From Lentisphaerota bacterium (GTDB lineage: Bacteria > Verrucomicrobiota > Lentisphaeria > Victivallales > Victivallaceae), in the NCBI GenBank assembly GCA_015061695.1, contig SUWA01000003.1, positions 65-64,064 of the forward strand: 64,000 nt of DNA. The letters are read 5' to 3'. Each line of letters opens with the position of its first letter. Position 1 is the first letter of the stretch. Positions 25,032 through 35,000 of this stretch are shown in pieces. The translations under genes and the position numbers were made by a program. Below the pieces are notes generated by a model. That model did no database searches, was not told the origin of the DNA, and saw only the letters and a list, made by a program, of their open reading frames with translations.

Positions 25032-27224
25032 TCATTCCATTAAAGCGTAGACTTTAAGCGTAGCTTTGCTGTACTTCGGGCGACTTTTGCTGAAAGTCCA
25101 GTCCGGATGGCCGGCCGGCGCGTTGCCGATCCCGGCATCGCCGTCAGGGTTGGTAAAGTTATTATAGGCCATCACGGTCTGTTTTTCGGCAAAGTTATGG
25201 ATCTGCATACTGCCGTAACCCACACCGTACCCGCTGGAGCTATCGCCGAAATCGTAGGTACTGCCACTGGCACCGGCGATCTTGAACTGATTTACCGCAG
25301 TATAATTGCCGCTCCAGAACTCGATATTGCCCTGCGAAAAGAATCCGGTCTTGACGCCCGGCACATTGCTGTACACGGTCAGATTATTGACTTTGCCGCC
25401 ATAAAATATCCGGGCCTTGGCTACCGGCACGCCGATTTTTTTGACATCGCCGGTAAAGGGATCCATCATCGCCACCGCCCACTGGTAAGAACCATCTTTG
25501 CCGGTCAGTTCCATTACATAAGCCAGACGCTTGATATTGCCCTTGCAAGCGTTGGAGTTATCGACTGTGTACTGGATCGAACCATCTTTGCCGGCAACTT
25601 TGAGCATATCAGCTTCGTACACCAGTTGGAAGTTTTCGGCCAGATCGCGGAAAAGCTCCTCTTTGCCGGCCAGCGAGCCGCAGCGGAACGCGCCCAGCGG
25701 CAGACCGGATTCGTTAAAAATATTGCCGGTACGCATCTGGTGCCACATATACTGCAGCTGGCGGGGACTTTTGACTTCATCGCTCCAGACGATGATCCTG
25801 GCGCCATCCAGCTTGACTTGCGCCGGATACCATTTGCCGGCGGCACCAGCAACTTCAAAGTTCTGCGGAGCGCCTTTGCTTTGGAACGCAGTAACATTTT
25901 TGAATTCCAGCACAAACCGGTTGCCGGATTTTTCCCACTTGGTCAGCACTGGCGAGTCGGCCGCAACACTCTTGTTATAGGTGTACTTGAGTGCCAGCAG
26001 GCTCAAACGTTTGCCCACGGTAGCCTTGTCGTGCGGGTGAATATCGCCGTAATCGCCCACATCGTTGATCACCGCCATCGCCACGTTGGAGGGCATGGAT
26101 TCGGCAAAGGCCTGTTGAGCTTCCCAGATCTCCGGCAGGCGGGTCGGATTGCCGCCGTAGTTGTAAGGTGCCAACTGAACAAAGTAAAATGCCAGATCAT
26201 CCTGCTGGAAAAGCTGACGCCAGCCGTTGAGCAAGGCCAGCATCTTGTGTTTATAAAGCATACCTTCGCCCAGATTGCTGCACCCCTGATACCAGATGAT
26301 GCCGCGGAACGCAAACGGCAGCAGCGGCGTGATCATGCTGTTATACATCACAGTCGGCTGGCGTACATCCGCATACGGCCGCAATTCCGCCGGGTAATCC
26401 GGCAGCACCGGCAGCAGTTGCCCTGCGGCGGAAGCCTTTTTGAACTCAAGCAGCCACTTTTCGTAGCGTTCGGCAGTTTGGGCGCTCACTTTTTTGTATT
26501 CATCGGTACCCGGCAGTTTGGCTTTTACCGTATACGCAATATCTGCGAGTTCCGGCACACTGCTGAAACCTTCCGGCGGGATCCACGGGTCGATGCGCGA
26601 ACCGCTCCAGCAGGAAACCACCACCCCCACCGGCACATTCAGCTCTTTATAGATGTTCTGCGCAAAGTAAAATGCCGTGGCCGAAAACTTTTGGCCGACT
26701 TCCGGCGTGAGTTCTTCCCACTGGATCGTGCCGCGGTATTGAGTTTCCGGCAGCTGCGCCCAAACGCGCTGACGCAAGGTGGCCACGCGGATATTTTTGT
26801 TGGCGCCCGCGGCAGCATCTTTATCGCCGTTGGTGGCACGCCAGCGCGGATTATCCGACCACATGCACATATCCATATTGCTCTGGCCGCCGCCCAGCCA
26901 GACTTCGCCGACCAGCACGTTTTGGAGTGTTACAGTGTTGCTTGCGCCCTTGATGACCAGATCGCGCGCGTCAAAGCTGGCGCTCATCGGGGAAAGTCTG
27001 ACCAGCCATTTTCCGGAAGCATCGGCCTTGCCGGAAACACTCTGACCGGCAAAACTCACACTCACGCTTTCGTGAGGATCGGCTTTGCCCCACACCGGAA
27101 CCTGTTTACCCTGCTGCAGAACCATGTTATCGGTAAAAATCTGCGCCGGAACGACTTTTGCTTCGACTGCCAGCGCGGCGGAAAACACCGCAGCAAGGGT
27201 CAGAACATTTTTTAACTTCAGCAT
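25032..27224 (-). CDS. Sialate O-acetylesterase-family (SASA) carbohydrate esterase with ~225-aa C-terminal beta-sandwich-like extension
   Basis: Signal peptide MLKLKNVLTLAAVFSAALAVEA. N-terminal region IFTDNMVLQQGKQVPVWGKA..GEVWLGGGQSNM is typical of 9-O-acetylesterases. C-terminal part contains NIEFWSGNY..YDFGD..YGSMQIHN. Confidence 0.78.
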   Translation of the reverse strand: MLKLKNVLTLAAVFSAALAVEAKVVPAQIFTDNMVLQQGKQVPVWGKADPHESVSVSFAGQSVSGKADASGKWLVRLSPMSASFDARDLVIKGASNTVTLQNVLVGEVWLGGGQSNMDMCMWSDNPRWRATNGDKDAAAGANKNIRVATLRQRVWAQLPETQYRGTIQWEELTPEVGQKFSATAFYFAQNIYKELNVPVGVVVSCWSGSRIDPWIPPEGFSSVPELADIAYTVKAKLPGTDEYKKVSAQTAERYEKWLLEFKKASAAGQLLPVLPDYPAELRPYADVRQPTVMYNSMITPLLPFAFRGIIWYQGCSNLGEGMLYKHKMLALLNGWRQLFQQDDLAFYFVQLAPYNYGGNPTRLPEIWEAQQAFAESMPSNVAMAVINDVGDYGDIHPHDKATVGKRLSLLALKYTYNKSVAADSPVLTKWEKSGNRFVLEFKNVTAFQSKGAPQNFEVAGAAGKWYPAQVKLDGARIIVWSDEVKSPRQLQYMWHQMRTGNIFNESGLPLGAFRCGSLAGKEELFRDLAENFQLVYEADMLKVAGKDGSIQYTVDNSNACKGNIKRLAYVMELTGKDGSYQWAVAMMDPFTGDVKKIGVPVAKARIFYGGKVNNLTVYSNVPGVKTGFFSQGNIEFWSGNYTAVNQFKIAGASGSTYDFGDSSSGYGVGYGSMQIHNFAEKQTVMAYNNFTNPDGDAGIGNAPAGHPDWTFSKSRPKYSKATLKVYALME

Positions 27225-27247
27225 ATTTCAAACCTTTCCTTACCAGT

Positions 27248-28051
27248 TTATTTTTCAACTTGTTCCAGCAAAGTTCCGCGCAAAAATGCGGCCCGGTTGC
27301 TGGTAACAGCATCAATATTGTACTTTACACAATATCCGGCCACGACCGGATCGTCCACCGTCCAGACCGCCAGTTTGTAACCGGCAGCGTGAACTTTCTG
27401 CACATATTCAGCGGTGATAAAATCCAGATTGCAGCCGATATCGGCCCCGTCCGCCCCCAGTTCGGCAAGTTTTTCGATCAACTGATCGGCCGAGGGCGAC
27501 CAACTGCCGTTCTGATCGACTGTAAAGCCCAGCAGATAAAGTGCCTGACGCTCCGGATACAGCTCTTTATAGCGTTTTACGATGTCGGCATGAAAACTTA
27601 TCATAACGATCTGTTCAGCAGAAACATTTGCCTTTTCCAGTTCAGAAGCCAAAGCATGGATGACCCGTTCGTCGTTTTCCTTGATCTCCACATAATATTT
27701 TCTGCCGGGAGTCAGACAGCGCAAAGTATCGGCAAAACGCGGGATGCGCACATTTTTGTAAGCAGCTTTGTTGTAACTTACATCCAGCTTTTGCAGTTCA
27801 TCAAAGGTGGATCGTTCTATAACCATATCCATCTTGCTCACGCGCAGAGTATTGGAGTCGTGGGCAGTAACCAGCACATTGTCGGCGGTCAGATGGATGT
27901 CGCACTCCATGCCGTCGGAGTTGCGCATTTGGGCCAATGCAAACGCTTCGAGTGTGTTTTCCGGAGCATCCATACTTTCGCCCCGGTGCGAAATAAATTC
28001 TGTCATAAAACTTTGATCTTTCCTGCAAACAAAATGGTCTGTTTTCATCAT
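27248..28051 (-). CDS. Glycerophosphodiester phosphodiesterase (GDPD) family protein
   Basis: FISHRGESMDAPENTLEAFALA..GMECDIHLTADNVLVTAHD. Start may be the internal ATG at 28006. Lies 23 nt upstream of the esterase gene, so likely co-transcribed. Confidence 0.82.
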   Translation of the reverse strand: MMKTDHFVCRKDQSFMTEFISHRGESMDAPENTLEAFALAQMRNSDGMECDIHLTADNVLVTAHDSNTLRVSKMDMVIERSTFDELQKLDVSYNKAAYKNVRIPRFADTLRCLTPGRKYYVEIKENDERVIHALASELEKANVSAEQIVMISFHADIVKRYKELYPERQALYLLGFTVDQNGSWSPSADQLIEKLAELGADGADIGCNLDFITAEYVQKVHAAGYKLAVWTVDDPVVAGYCVKYNIDAVTSNRAAFLRGTLLEQVEK

Positions 28052-28200
28052 ACGTTGTGTATATTATAACACAATTGCTGTTTTTTGCCAAGATTTATTG
28101 CCGGATAAAACGCAAAAATAATCCGGAAAATTTGCGCCGGAGCCTGCAACAGGTTATATTACCGGGCAACCGGAAAAAATTATTTCAAGGAACGATTTTT

Positions 28201-28698
28201 ATGCAGAAACCAACCGATATAAATCACGCATGGCTCCGCAAATACCCCGAACAGGTAGTCTTGTGCATTACCAAAAGCAAAACCGGTCAGATCAACGTAA
28301 TGGCCATCGGCTGGGTGGCGATCGTTTCGGACGATCCGGTCATGTACATGATCGGGATCGATGACCCGGCGTACACTCTGGAGCTTATCCGCGAACAAAA
28401 AGAGTTTGTCTTGGCCTTTCCCGCCAAAAGCATGGCCCGCGAAACGTTGTTTTTCGGCACCGTCCACGGCCACGACCGCAACAAAGGTTTGGAATCCGGT
28501 TTGGAATTTGTTCCGGCCAGCCTGGTCAATGCGCCGCTCTTGAGCGATGCGGTAGTCAATTTGGAGTGCAAACTCGTTACTGAATACCGCCCCGGCAACT
28601 GCCCGCTGGTCATTGGCAAAGTAATCGCCGCTCACGAAAACACTGATCCGGCGGTGGAACGGCTGGTCAACGCCGGTGCGGGGTACAAGTTGCAATGA
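28201..28698 (+). CDS. Flavin reductase-like (FMN-binding split-barrel) domain protein
   Basis: ORF 28057-28698 trimmed to ATG 28201. Motifs VVLCITKSKTGQINVMAIGW..FVLAFP..GKV. Overlaps the next gene by 4 nt (ATGA). Confidence 0.65.
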   Translation: MQKPTDINHAWLRKYPEQVVLCITKSKTGQINVMAIGWVAIVSDDPVMYMIGIDDPAYTLELIREQKEFVLAFPAKSMARETLFFGTVHGHDRNKGLESGLEFVPASLVNAPLLSDAVVNLECKLVTEYRPGNCPLVIGKVIAAHENTDPAVERLVNAGAGYKLQ

Positions 28699-29489
28699 AA
28701 ATCACGCTGTTGGTCGATGACCGGATTTCAGAAAATCTGCAGCCGGAATTCGGTTTATCGCTGCTTCTGGAATTTGCCTCGGAGTCATTTCTGTTTGACT
28801 GCGGAGCCGATTCAGCGCTTAAAAACAATCTGCAAGCCCTGCGGATCGCTCCGGGAAAAATCAGCAAAGTGATCCTCTCGCACGGCCACTATGACCACAC
28901 CGGCGGCTTGAAGCATTTGCAAGTTGAACGCATTTATTGTGTAAAAAGCGTTACGCAAGATCATTACAGTTTTCACGCCGCAGATGATGTACACTTTATT
29001 GCCATGCCGCCGGCGGCAAAGAAAGTGTTTGACGATTCAGAAAAATTCTATATCGACTCTTTTACTGAAATCGCGCCGGGCATTTACTCCACCGGACCGA
29101 TTCCGCGTTGGAGTTTTGAAGATTGCGGCGGCAAGTTTTTCCACGATTCCAAGTGTACCGTTCCGGATAAAGTCAACGAAGAACACGCCATTTTAACTGC
29201 CGACGGCGTTTTGATAACCGGCTGCTGCCACGCCGGGGTGATCAACACTGTAAGTTATTGCCGGAAAGTGCATAACCGAATTGCCATCCACACCATCGTC
29301 GGCGGCTTGCATTTGCGCCGCGCTTCGGATGAACGGCTCCGGGAAACGGCAGATTTTCTGCGGATCAATCAAATCAAAAATCTCTATTTGATGCACTGCA
29401 CCGGCAGTGATGCAATTCAAAAGCTCCGCGAACTGTTGCCGGAGTGCAACATTTACACTCCGCTGCCGGGCGAAAGCTGGGAGTGTTAA
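28695..29489 (+). CDS. MBL-fold metallo-hydrolase
   Basis: Metal-binding motif ILSHGHYDHTGGL plus later GCCHAG and DFL..MHCTG. Translationally coupled to the flavin-reductase-like gene. Confidence 0.8.
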   Translation: MKITLLVDDRISENLQPEFGLSLLLEFASESFLFDCGADSALKNNLQALRIAPGKISKVILSHGHYDHTGGLKHLQVERIYCVKSVTQDHYSFHAADDVHFIAMPPAAKKVFDDSEKFYIDSFTEIAPGIYSTGPIPRWSFEDCGGKFFHDSKCTVPDKVNEEHAILTADGVLITGCCHAGVINTVSYCRKVHNRIAIHTIVGGLHLRRASDERLRETADFLRINQIKNLYLMHCTGSDAIQKLRELLPECNIYTPLPGESWEC

Positions 29490-29767
29490 CAGCAGGCGAT
29501 AACCGCGTTAAGCACAAAGTTCGCAGCCAGCAAAAAAATTCCCACTGCGGCAAATATCGAAAAATTCAAAGCGTCAGACATGATTCAATAAACCTTTATA
29601 TAAAAACCTTTTTTTCAACTTATTTTGCTTATCAAGAGGCAAAATTGCAGCTTTTCTGACCCGCATCAACCAAAAAATTGCAAAAAAAATCATACAAACT
29701 CTATTTTGCGGCATTTTACATGCTATATTTAATACTGACAAGATCAAGTGCAATTTGAGAATTCGGA

Positions 29768-30751
29768 ATGAATATCAGCGATCAAAACTGTAAAATATCC
29801 ATAGCGCTGGCCGCATATAAAGGCGCTGAATACATTGCCGGACAGCTCCAAAGTCTGTTTAAGCAGACCCGGCAGCCGGACGAAATCGTTATCTCGGACG
29901 ACTCGCCGGATGATGCAACTTATCAGGCGGTCGAGCCCTATTTGCCCAACAAGACAGTCCGCTATTTTCATAATGCTTCCCCGCTGGGCATAACGCGCAA
30001 TTTTGAACAGGCGATCAAGCTCTGTTCCGGCGATGTGATCTTTTTGTGCGATCAGGATGATGTGTGGCTGCCCGGCAAAGTCCGGCAAATGAGCGAAATA
30101 CTCCTGTCTGATGACAATATTGATGCGGTTTTCTGCAACAGCACGCTGGTCAACAGCCAACTGGAAAATTTGGATCAAACGCTCTGGCAATTGCGTAAAT
30201 TCACGCCTGCCATGCAGAAAAAAGTCCGTTCCGGTCAAGCGCTGGAGGTCTTTCTCAAACGGGTCTGCTGTTCGAGCCACAATCTGGCGTTCAAGCGCCG
30301 GGCATTGGAATATCTGCTGCCCTTCCCCGAGCTGGAACCGTTTTATCCGGATACCTGGATCGGATTGAGCTGTGCCGCGCCGGAAAAAATCAGTTTGATC
30401 GATGAAGTATTGACTCTCTACCGCATCCACGAACACAATCAATCCACTCCGGGCGCGGATTCCATACTGTCGGCGCGCAAAGCACGGAACAGCAATGCCG
30501 CTTTGCGCAACAGTTTACTGACAGGGGAAATCATGCGTCGGCAAAGTGGCACACTGAATGGTTCGCAACAGAAAATGTTGCAGAAATTTGCCGCATTTCA
30601 CGCGCAACGCAGCCAATACTCAAGCAATATATTATTGCGGATGTTCCAGATCCAGCAACAGTTTTTCCGCGCCAGATACTGCCGTTTTGCCAACGGCATA
30701 AAAACAGCGATCGCCGATTGGATATTTTCTACTTCATCCACCACGCATTGA
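29768..30751 (+). CDS. Family 2 glycosyltransferase
   Basis: ISIALAAYKGAEYI..QTRQPDEIVISDDSPDD..FLCDQDDVW (DxD-type motifs). Confidence 0.82.
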   Translation: MNISDQNCKISIALAAYKGAEYIAGQLQSLFKQTRQPDEIVISDDSPDDATYQAVEPYLPNKTVRYFHNASPLGITRNFEQAIKLCSGDVIFLCDQDDVWLPGKVRQMSEILLSDDNIDAVFCNSTLVNSQLENLDQTLWQLRKFTPAMQKKVRSGQALEVFLKRVCCSSHNLAFKRRALEYLLPFPELEPFYPDTWIGLSCAAPEKISLIDEVLTLYRIHEHNQSTPGADSILSARKARNSNAALRNSLLTGEIMRRQSGTLNGSQQKMLQKFAAFHAQRSQYSSNILLRMFQIQQQFFRARYCRFANGIKTAIADWIFSTSSTTH

Positions 30752-30814
30752 TTGCAATATTTCCGACTCAAAGCTGCACCAGCAATAAAATTTTATTATT
30801 TCGCATTTTTGCCC

Positions 30815-30842
30815 TTGACAACGATAAAAAAATGTGTATATT
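30815..30842 (+). promoter_or_regulatory. Near-consensus sigma70 promoter of the GntR/PBP1 regulator gene
   Basis: TTGACA (30815-30820), 16-nt spacer, TATATT (30837-30842), preceded by TGTG. Confidence 0.65.
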
Positions 30843-30851
30843 TTAATTCAA

Positions 30852-30871
30852 GAATTTAGTCGACCAACTTT
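30852..30871 (+). promoter_or_regulatory. GntR-type operator (autoregulatory copy)
   Basis: GAATTTAGTCGACCAACTTT matches 17/20 positions of the perfect palindrome at 31967-31986. Lies between the -10 box and ATG 30886. Confidence 0.65.
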
Positions 30872-30885
30872 TTAAAAGGAATTTT

Positions 30886-31917
30886 ATGGTTCCATATCTG
30901 AAAATTGCTGAAGAAATAGAAAAAGCGATTGCCGGTGGAGTGTATACCTCGCAGCTTCCGCATATAAACGCGTTGTGTACTATCTATAAATCCGGACCAT
31001 CGACCATAAAACGGGCATTGCAAAAACTCAAAGAACAGGATTATATCCGCGGCATCCGGGGCAGCTGCATAGAAGTCAACCCGGCAGCATGTAACAATCC
31101 GTATTTCCGGAAACAGGTTGTGGTTTACGCGGTTATGCGTAAATTTGGTAATATATTCTATTCCAATATGCTGCAGCAGTTGGGCGAAGCATTTGCTTCC
31201 GTCGGATGCAGTCTGAGTATCGTTAACACCCTGCAAAATTTACAGGAAGTTTCCGGCAAGATCCATGCGGTATTGATGCTGGAACCAAATCTGCACGAGT
31301 TGGAATGCGTGGAAAGTGTTTGCGGCAAAGAAAAAATTCTGCTCATCAACAGTGATCTGCACGAAGGCCGCAGTATCCGGAGCGACAACTATGCCGCCGG
31401 ATTTATGGCAATGGAGTATCTGCACGGAAAATGCAAACATCGCAAGATCGCTATATTGGGACGCAGTTGCGATGTGGAATATTCGTTTGACCTGCAGCGT
31501 GTTACCGGTGCTTATGAATATGCCGGCCAGCACGATGATTTGCAGATAACGACCGTTAAGGTCGATTCAGCAGATAGCGTGGAGCAGCAGCTGTTGCAAA
31601 CCTTTGGGTGTGAGCCGGAAGTATCGGCGTTTTTTCTGTTGCGCGATTATTTTGCATTCGGCGTTTACAACTATTGCACCCGATGCAATCTGCCGATACC
31701 GGAAAAAATTGCTGTTCTGGGTTTTGACGATCGCGAGTTCTGCGGCTTGCTGCAGCCGCCGCTTTCATCGTTTCAGGAAGACGGCCAGACCATCGCCAAT
31801 CTGGTATTTGAAAAAACACTGCAGCTTTTACGCCGGGAAAATGAGCAGATAGGTGATTTAAGTGTGCCTCCTGAACTGATGTTGCGTAACAGCACCGGGT
31901 TGTTTGAGAATCAATGA
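30886..31917 (+). CDS. Transcriptional regulator: GntR-type winged-helix N-terminus fused to a LacI/PBP1-type sugar-binding domain
   Basis: N-terminus YLKIAEEIEKAIAGGVY..LPHINALCTIYKSGPSTIKRALQKLKEQDYIRGIRGSCIEV. C-terminal periplasmic-binding-fold pattern (IAVLGFDD). Confidence 0.78.
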   Translation: MVPYLKIAEEIEKAIAGGVYTSQLPHINALCTIYKSGPSTIKRALQKLKEQDYIRGIRGSCIEVNPAACNNPYFRKQVVVYAVMRKFGNIFYSNMLQQLGEAFASVGCSLSIVNTLQNLQEVSGKIHAVLMLEPNLHELECVESVCGKEKILLINSDLHEGRSIRSDNYAAGFMAMEYLHGKCKHRKIAILGRSCDVEYSFDLQRVTGAYEYAGQHDDLQITTVKVDSADSVEQQLLQTFGCEPEVSAFFLLRDYFAFGVYNYCTRCNLPIPEKIAVLGFDDREFCGLLQPPLSSFQEDGQTIANLVFEKTLQLLRRENEQIGDLSVPPELMLRNSTGLFENQ

Positions 31918-31966
31918 TTTCTGCAATGCATACGATAAAACGTGTGCTGGAAATTTTTTTTAGTAA

Positions 31967-31986
31967 AAAGTTAGTCGACTAACTTT
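31967..31986 (+). promoter_or_regulatory. GntR-type operator: perfect 20-bp palindrome in front of the 1342-aa protein gene
   Basis: AAAGTTAGTCGACTAACTTT, with the GT-N2-AC core typical of GntR-family sites. Lies 32 nt upstream of ATG 32018. Confidence 0.7.
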
Positions 31987-32017
31987 GAGAATATGTAAAA
32001 AAAATGGATTTGAACAG

Positions 32018-35000
32018 ATGATTGTTCATAAAAAAGCTGCGTTTTTGCGCATTGACAGTTTCATCCGGAACAAGCGGAAAAATAATCACAGTTCCGGCAG
32101 TTGGTGCCACTATACGATAAAAACAGCAGTGATCTGTTTTTTGTGCATTTTTTCTGCAACAGATTTATCGGCAGAATTACAAACTGAAAGGAATATATAC
32201 AGCAGTATGGTACAGTGTGAGAAATTTAAGGCGGAAGATTTTTCGGGTCATTTTACAATCGACCCGGAACATGGTTTCAAGCATTCCGGAGCGATCCGTG
32301 TCAATGATGACCGTTCTGATGCGGTGATCACTGCCGTCAGCCGCAAGCTGCCGATCGCCGCTGACTGCGGTTATTACTTGCGCGGCTTAGTCAAGACCAA
32401 TAATGCTGTTACATCTCACACGCTTATCCAACTGAACTTCTGCAGCAAAGAAAACCAACTGCTTAAATCTGTAACCACAGCCCCCACGGTCAGCGCAGAG
32501 TGGGTAAAAATGGAGTTGTTGGTATCTCCGCAGGAGATTCCTTCATCTGCAGAATATATGCAAATACATCTGATTCCTGCGGCTGGTGAAGAATCTGCAA
32601 CCGGATGCAGCTGGTTCGATGAGTTGCAATTAGTCAAATATTCGTCAATACCGACCCAAGTCCAACTCCGCAGTGATGAAGATGATATAACTGATTCAAG
32701 TTTTTTTATCGACAGTTCTTCAAGTAAACTTCCGATGCGTGATCTGCCGGTCGAATTGAAAGACGGCAATTGTTTTTCCGCGTGGATGCCGTACCGTGAT
32801 GATCCGGCACCCACGCTGGAAATAAGCTGGGGGCAAAACCGCCAGTGTTCAAGAGTGCTGCTGCTGCCCGGTTCTGACGGTACTTTGCCGGAATATCTGG
32901 ATGTAAGTATTTATGATACCAGCAAGCTGTCGTTTACAGAAAAGAAGCGTCTGCCGGTAATCACAGAACCGACCTCCCCCTGGAGCTATATTGAATTGAA
33001 TGATTTGCCGGATACCCGCAAGATAAAACTTTATCTGCCGGCGGCACAAAAGAATAAATTATGTGAAATGCGCATATGTGTACGCAAAAAACAGTTTGAA
33101 AATTACAGCGGATACTGGATTTGGCACACCCGTGAAGCTGAAGGCCATATCAAACGGGTGCTGCGCAAAAAATTCACCCTGTCTGCGGCAGTCGAAAAAG
33201 CCTATTTACAGGGCCGCGGCGATGATGAAGTGATCTTTTACATCAACGGTCAGCAATGCCATTTCGGAGAAATCACCCGATATCTGCAAAGCGGAGAAAA
33301 TATTCTGGTTGCCGAAGTTACCAACCACCGATATGTAGGTGGTTTATTAGCGGAACTCGAAATATTGTGCAGTGACCGCAGTATATACAGGGTCGTCAGC
33401 GACAAAACCTGGAAGACCGCCTATTGTCCGGATGGACCGCCGGACTACCGGAAATTGGAATTTGACGACAGCAGTTGGGATCACGCACTGGAAATCGTAC
33501 AACCGCCTTACGGTATCTGGGGCGAAGTAGCTTATACCATGCACCTTGGGCGGCTGCCGGTGCGGTTGGATAAAGAGTTTTTCCCTGCCCAAGTCGATGC
33601 CGGCAGTACGCTGGATATTGCTGTGGAAATGACTCCGGAAGTACAGCTTGACTCCCCCATTCCGGTAACGTTGAAAATCTGCCGCAATCAGCAAACTTTT
33701 GCCGTTTATCAGCTCGATGGCGGCAAACTTTTGCATCATGCCGCCGCCGGAAAACCCATCCGGCTTACTTCACAAATAAAACTCAGCTGTTTTTATCCGC
33801 CCGGCGAATACGATGTAGAGCTCAACCTGCCGTTTGTGGAACTTTCCGGACAACCGTCGCGGCAGAAAGTTTTTATTGCCAATCCCCGTACCTCCGCCCT
33901 GCCCGTTGCCGAAATCCGGAAAGATGGCAGGCAAATGCCGCAGCTGTATATCAACGGACAAAAGGTCTGGAACATTTTTTACACCGTACCGTATGCGGCA
34001 GGTCCGGCAATGCAAACAACCATGATCCGGGAGTTTCATAACGCCGGCTGCAAAGTGGCACGTGTTTGGGCGCACATGCAAATACTGGATGACAACAGTT
34101 TTGATTTTACCACCATAGATGCCCAGATAAATCAGGTTCTGTCCGATGATCCTGATACATTCATAATCTTGTGCTTCATGATGGATCGCGGCATACAGAA
34201 TGATTTTTTCCGAAAAAAATATCCGGAGGAAATGGTAGTTTTTGATGATGGTACCATGTTCAAAAAACCGTCGCTGGCTTCAGAAAAATGGCACTCGATC
34301 GCCGGAAACTCCATCCGCACAATGCTGAAACATATTCAACGCGCCCCCTATGCGGGGAGGATCATCGGGTATTTGCCCTGTGGCGGCGAAGAAGGTCAAT
34401 GGCTTCACCATTGGGGCAGCAATGACCCGAAACAACCGGGTACATTGAGCGACTACAGCCTGCCCATGCTGCGTTATTTCAGGAGCTATTTGCAAAAGAA
34501 ATATCAAACTGATGAAAAACTCCAACAGGCGTGGCGCGACGATTCAGTAACCTTGCAAACCGCCGCAATTCCCTCCCGTCAGGCGCGGATCATGCCGGTA
34601 AACGGCGGCATGTTCCGTTCTCCGGAACGCGACCAGTCCGCGATCGACTTTGGTGAGGCGCTTTCGAGCTGTATAAATTATAATATCAAATATTATGCCA
34701 AGATCATCAAAGAGGAAACTCAAGGCAAATCGCTGACCGGATTCTTTTATGGACATATTGCCGATGTTGGTGATGGTTATATTGCCGAACAATCCGGATA
34801 TTTGAATCAACAGGAACTGCTGGAAGCTGACGATATCGACTTTTTCTGCGGTCCGCTTGAATACCGCTGGTTCTTCCGAGACCTCGGAGGAGTTTCGAGT
34901 TTTGATTATCCGACACCGTCAATGTTGCGCAGCTACAACAAGCTATGGATACAGGAAGATGATCTGCGTACCCATTTATTTCCGCGCGAGTACGCCTACA

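Noticed and set aside
25107-27215. 702-aa plus-strand ORF opposite the esterase gene. Analogous shadows occur at 15260-16738, 42926-44698, 44729-45862, 45862-46668, 50774-52120, 52845-54947, 58108-59778, 60424-62628 and 62901-63734.
   Set aside because: The opposite-strand ORFs carry unambiguous motifs (SASA esterase, AGCS, FabF, Tkt, SPFH, PheT, PheS). The shadows have none and show biased composition.
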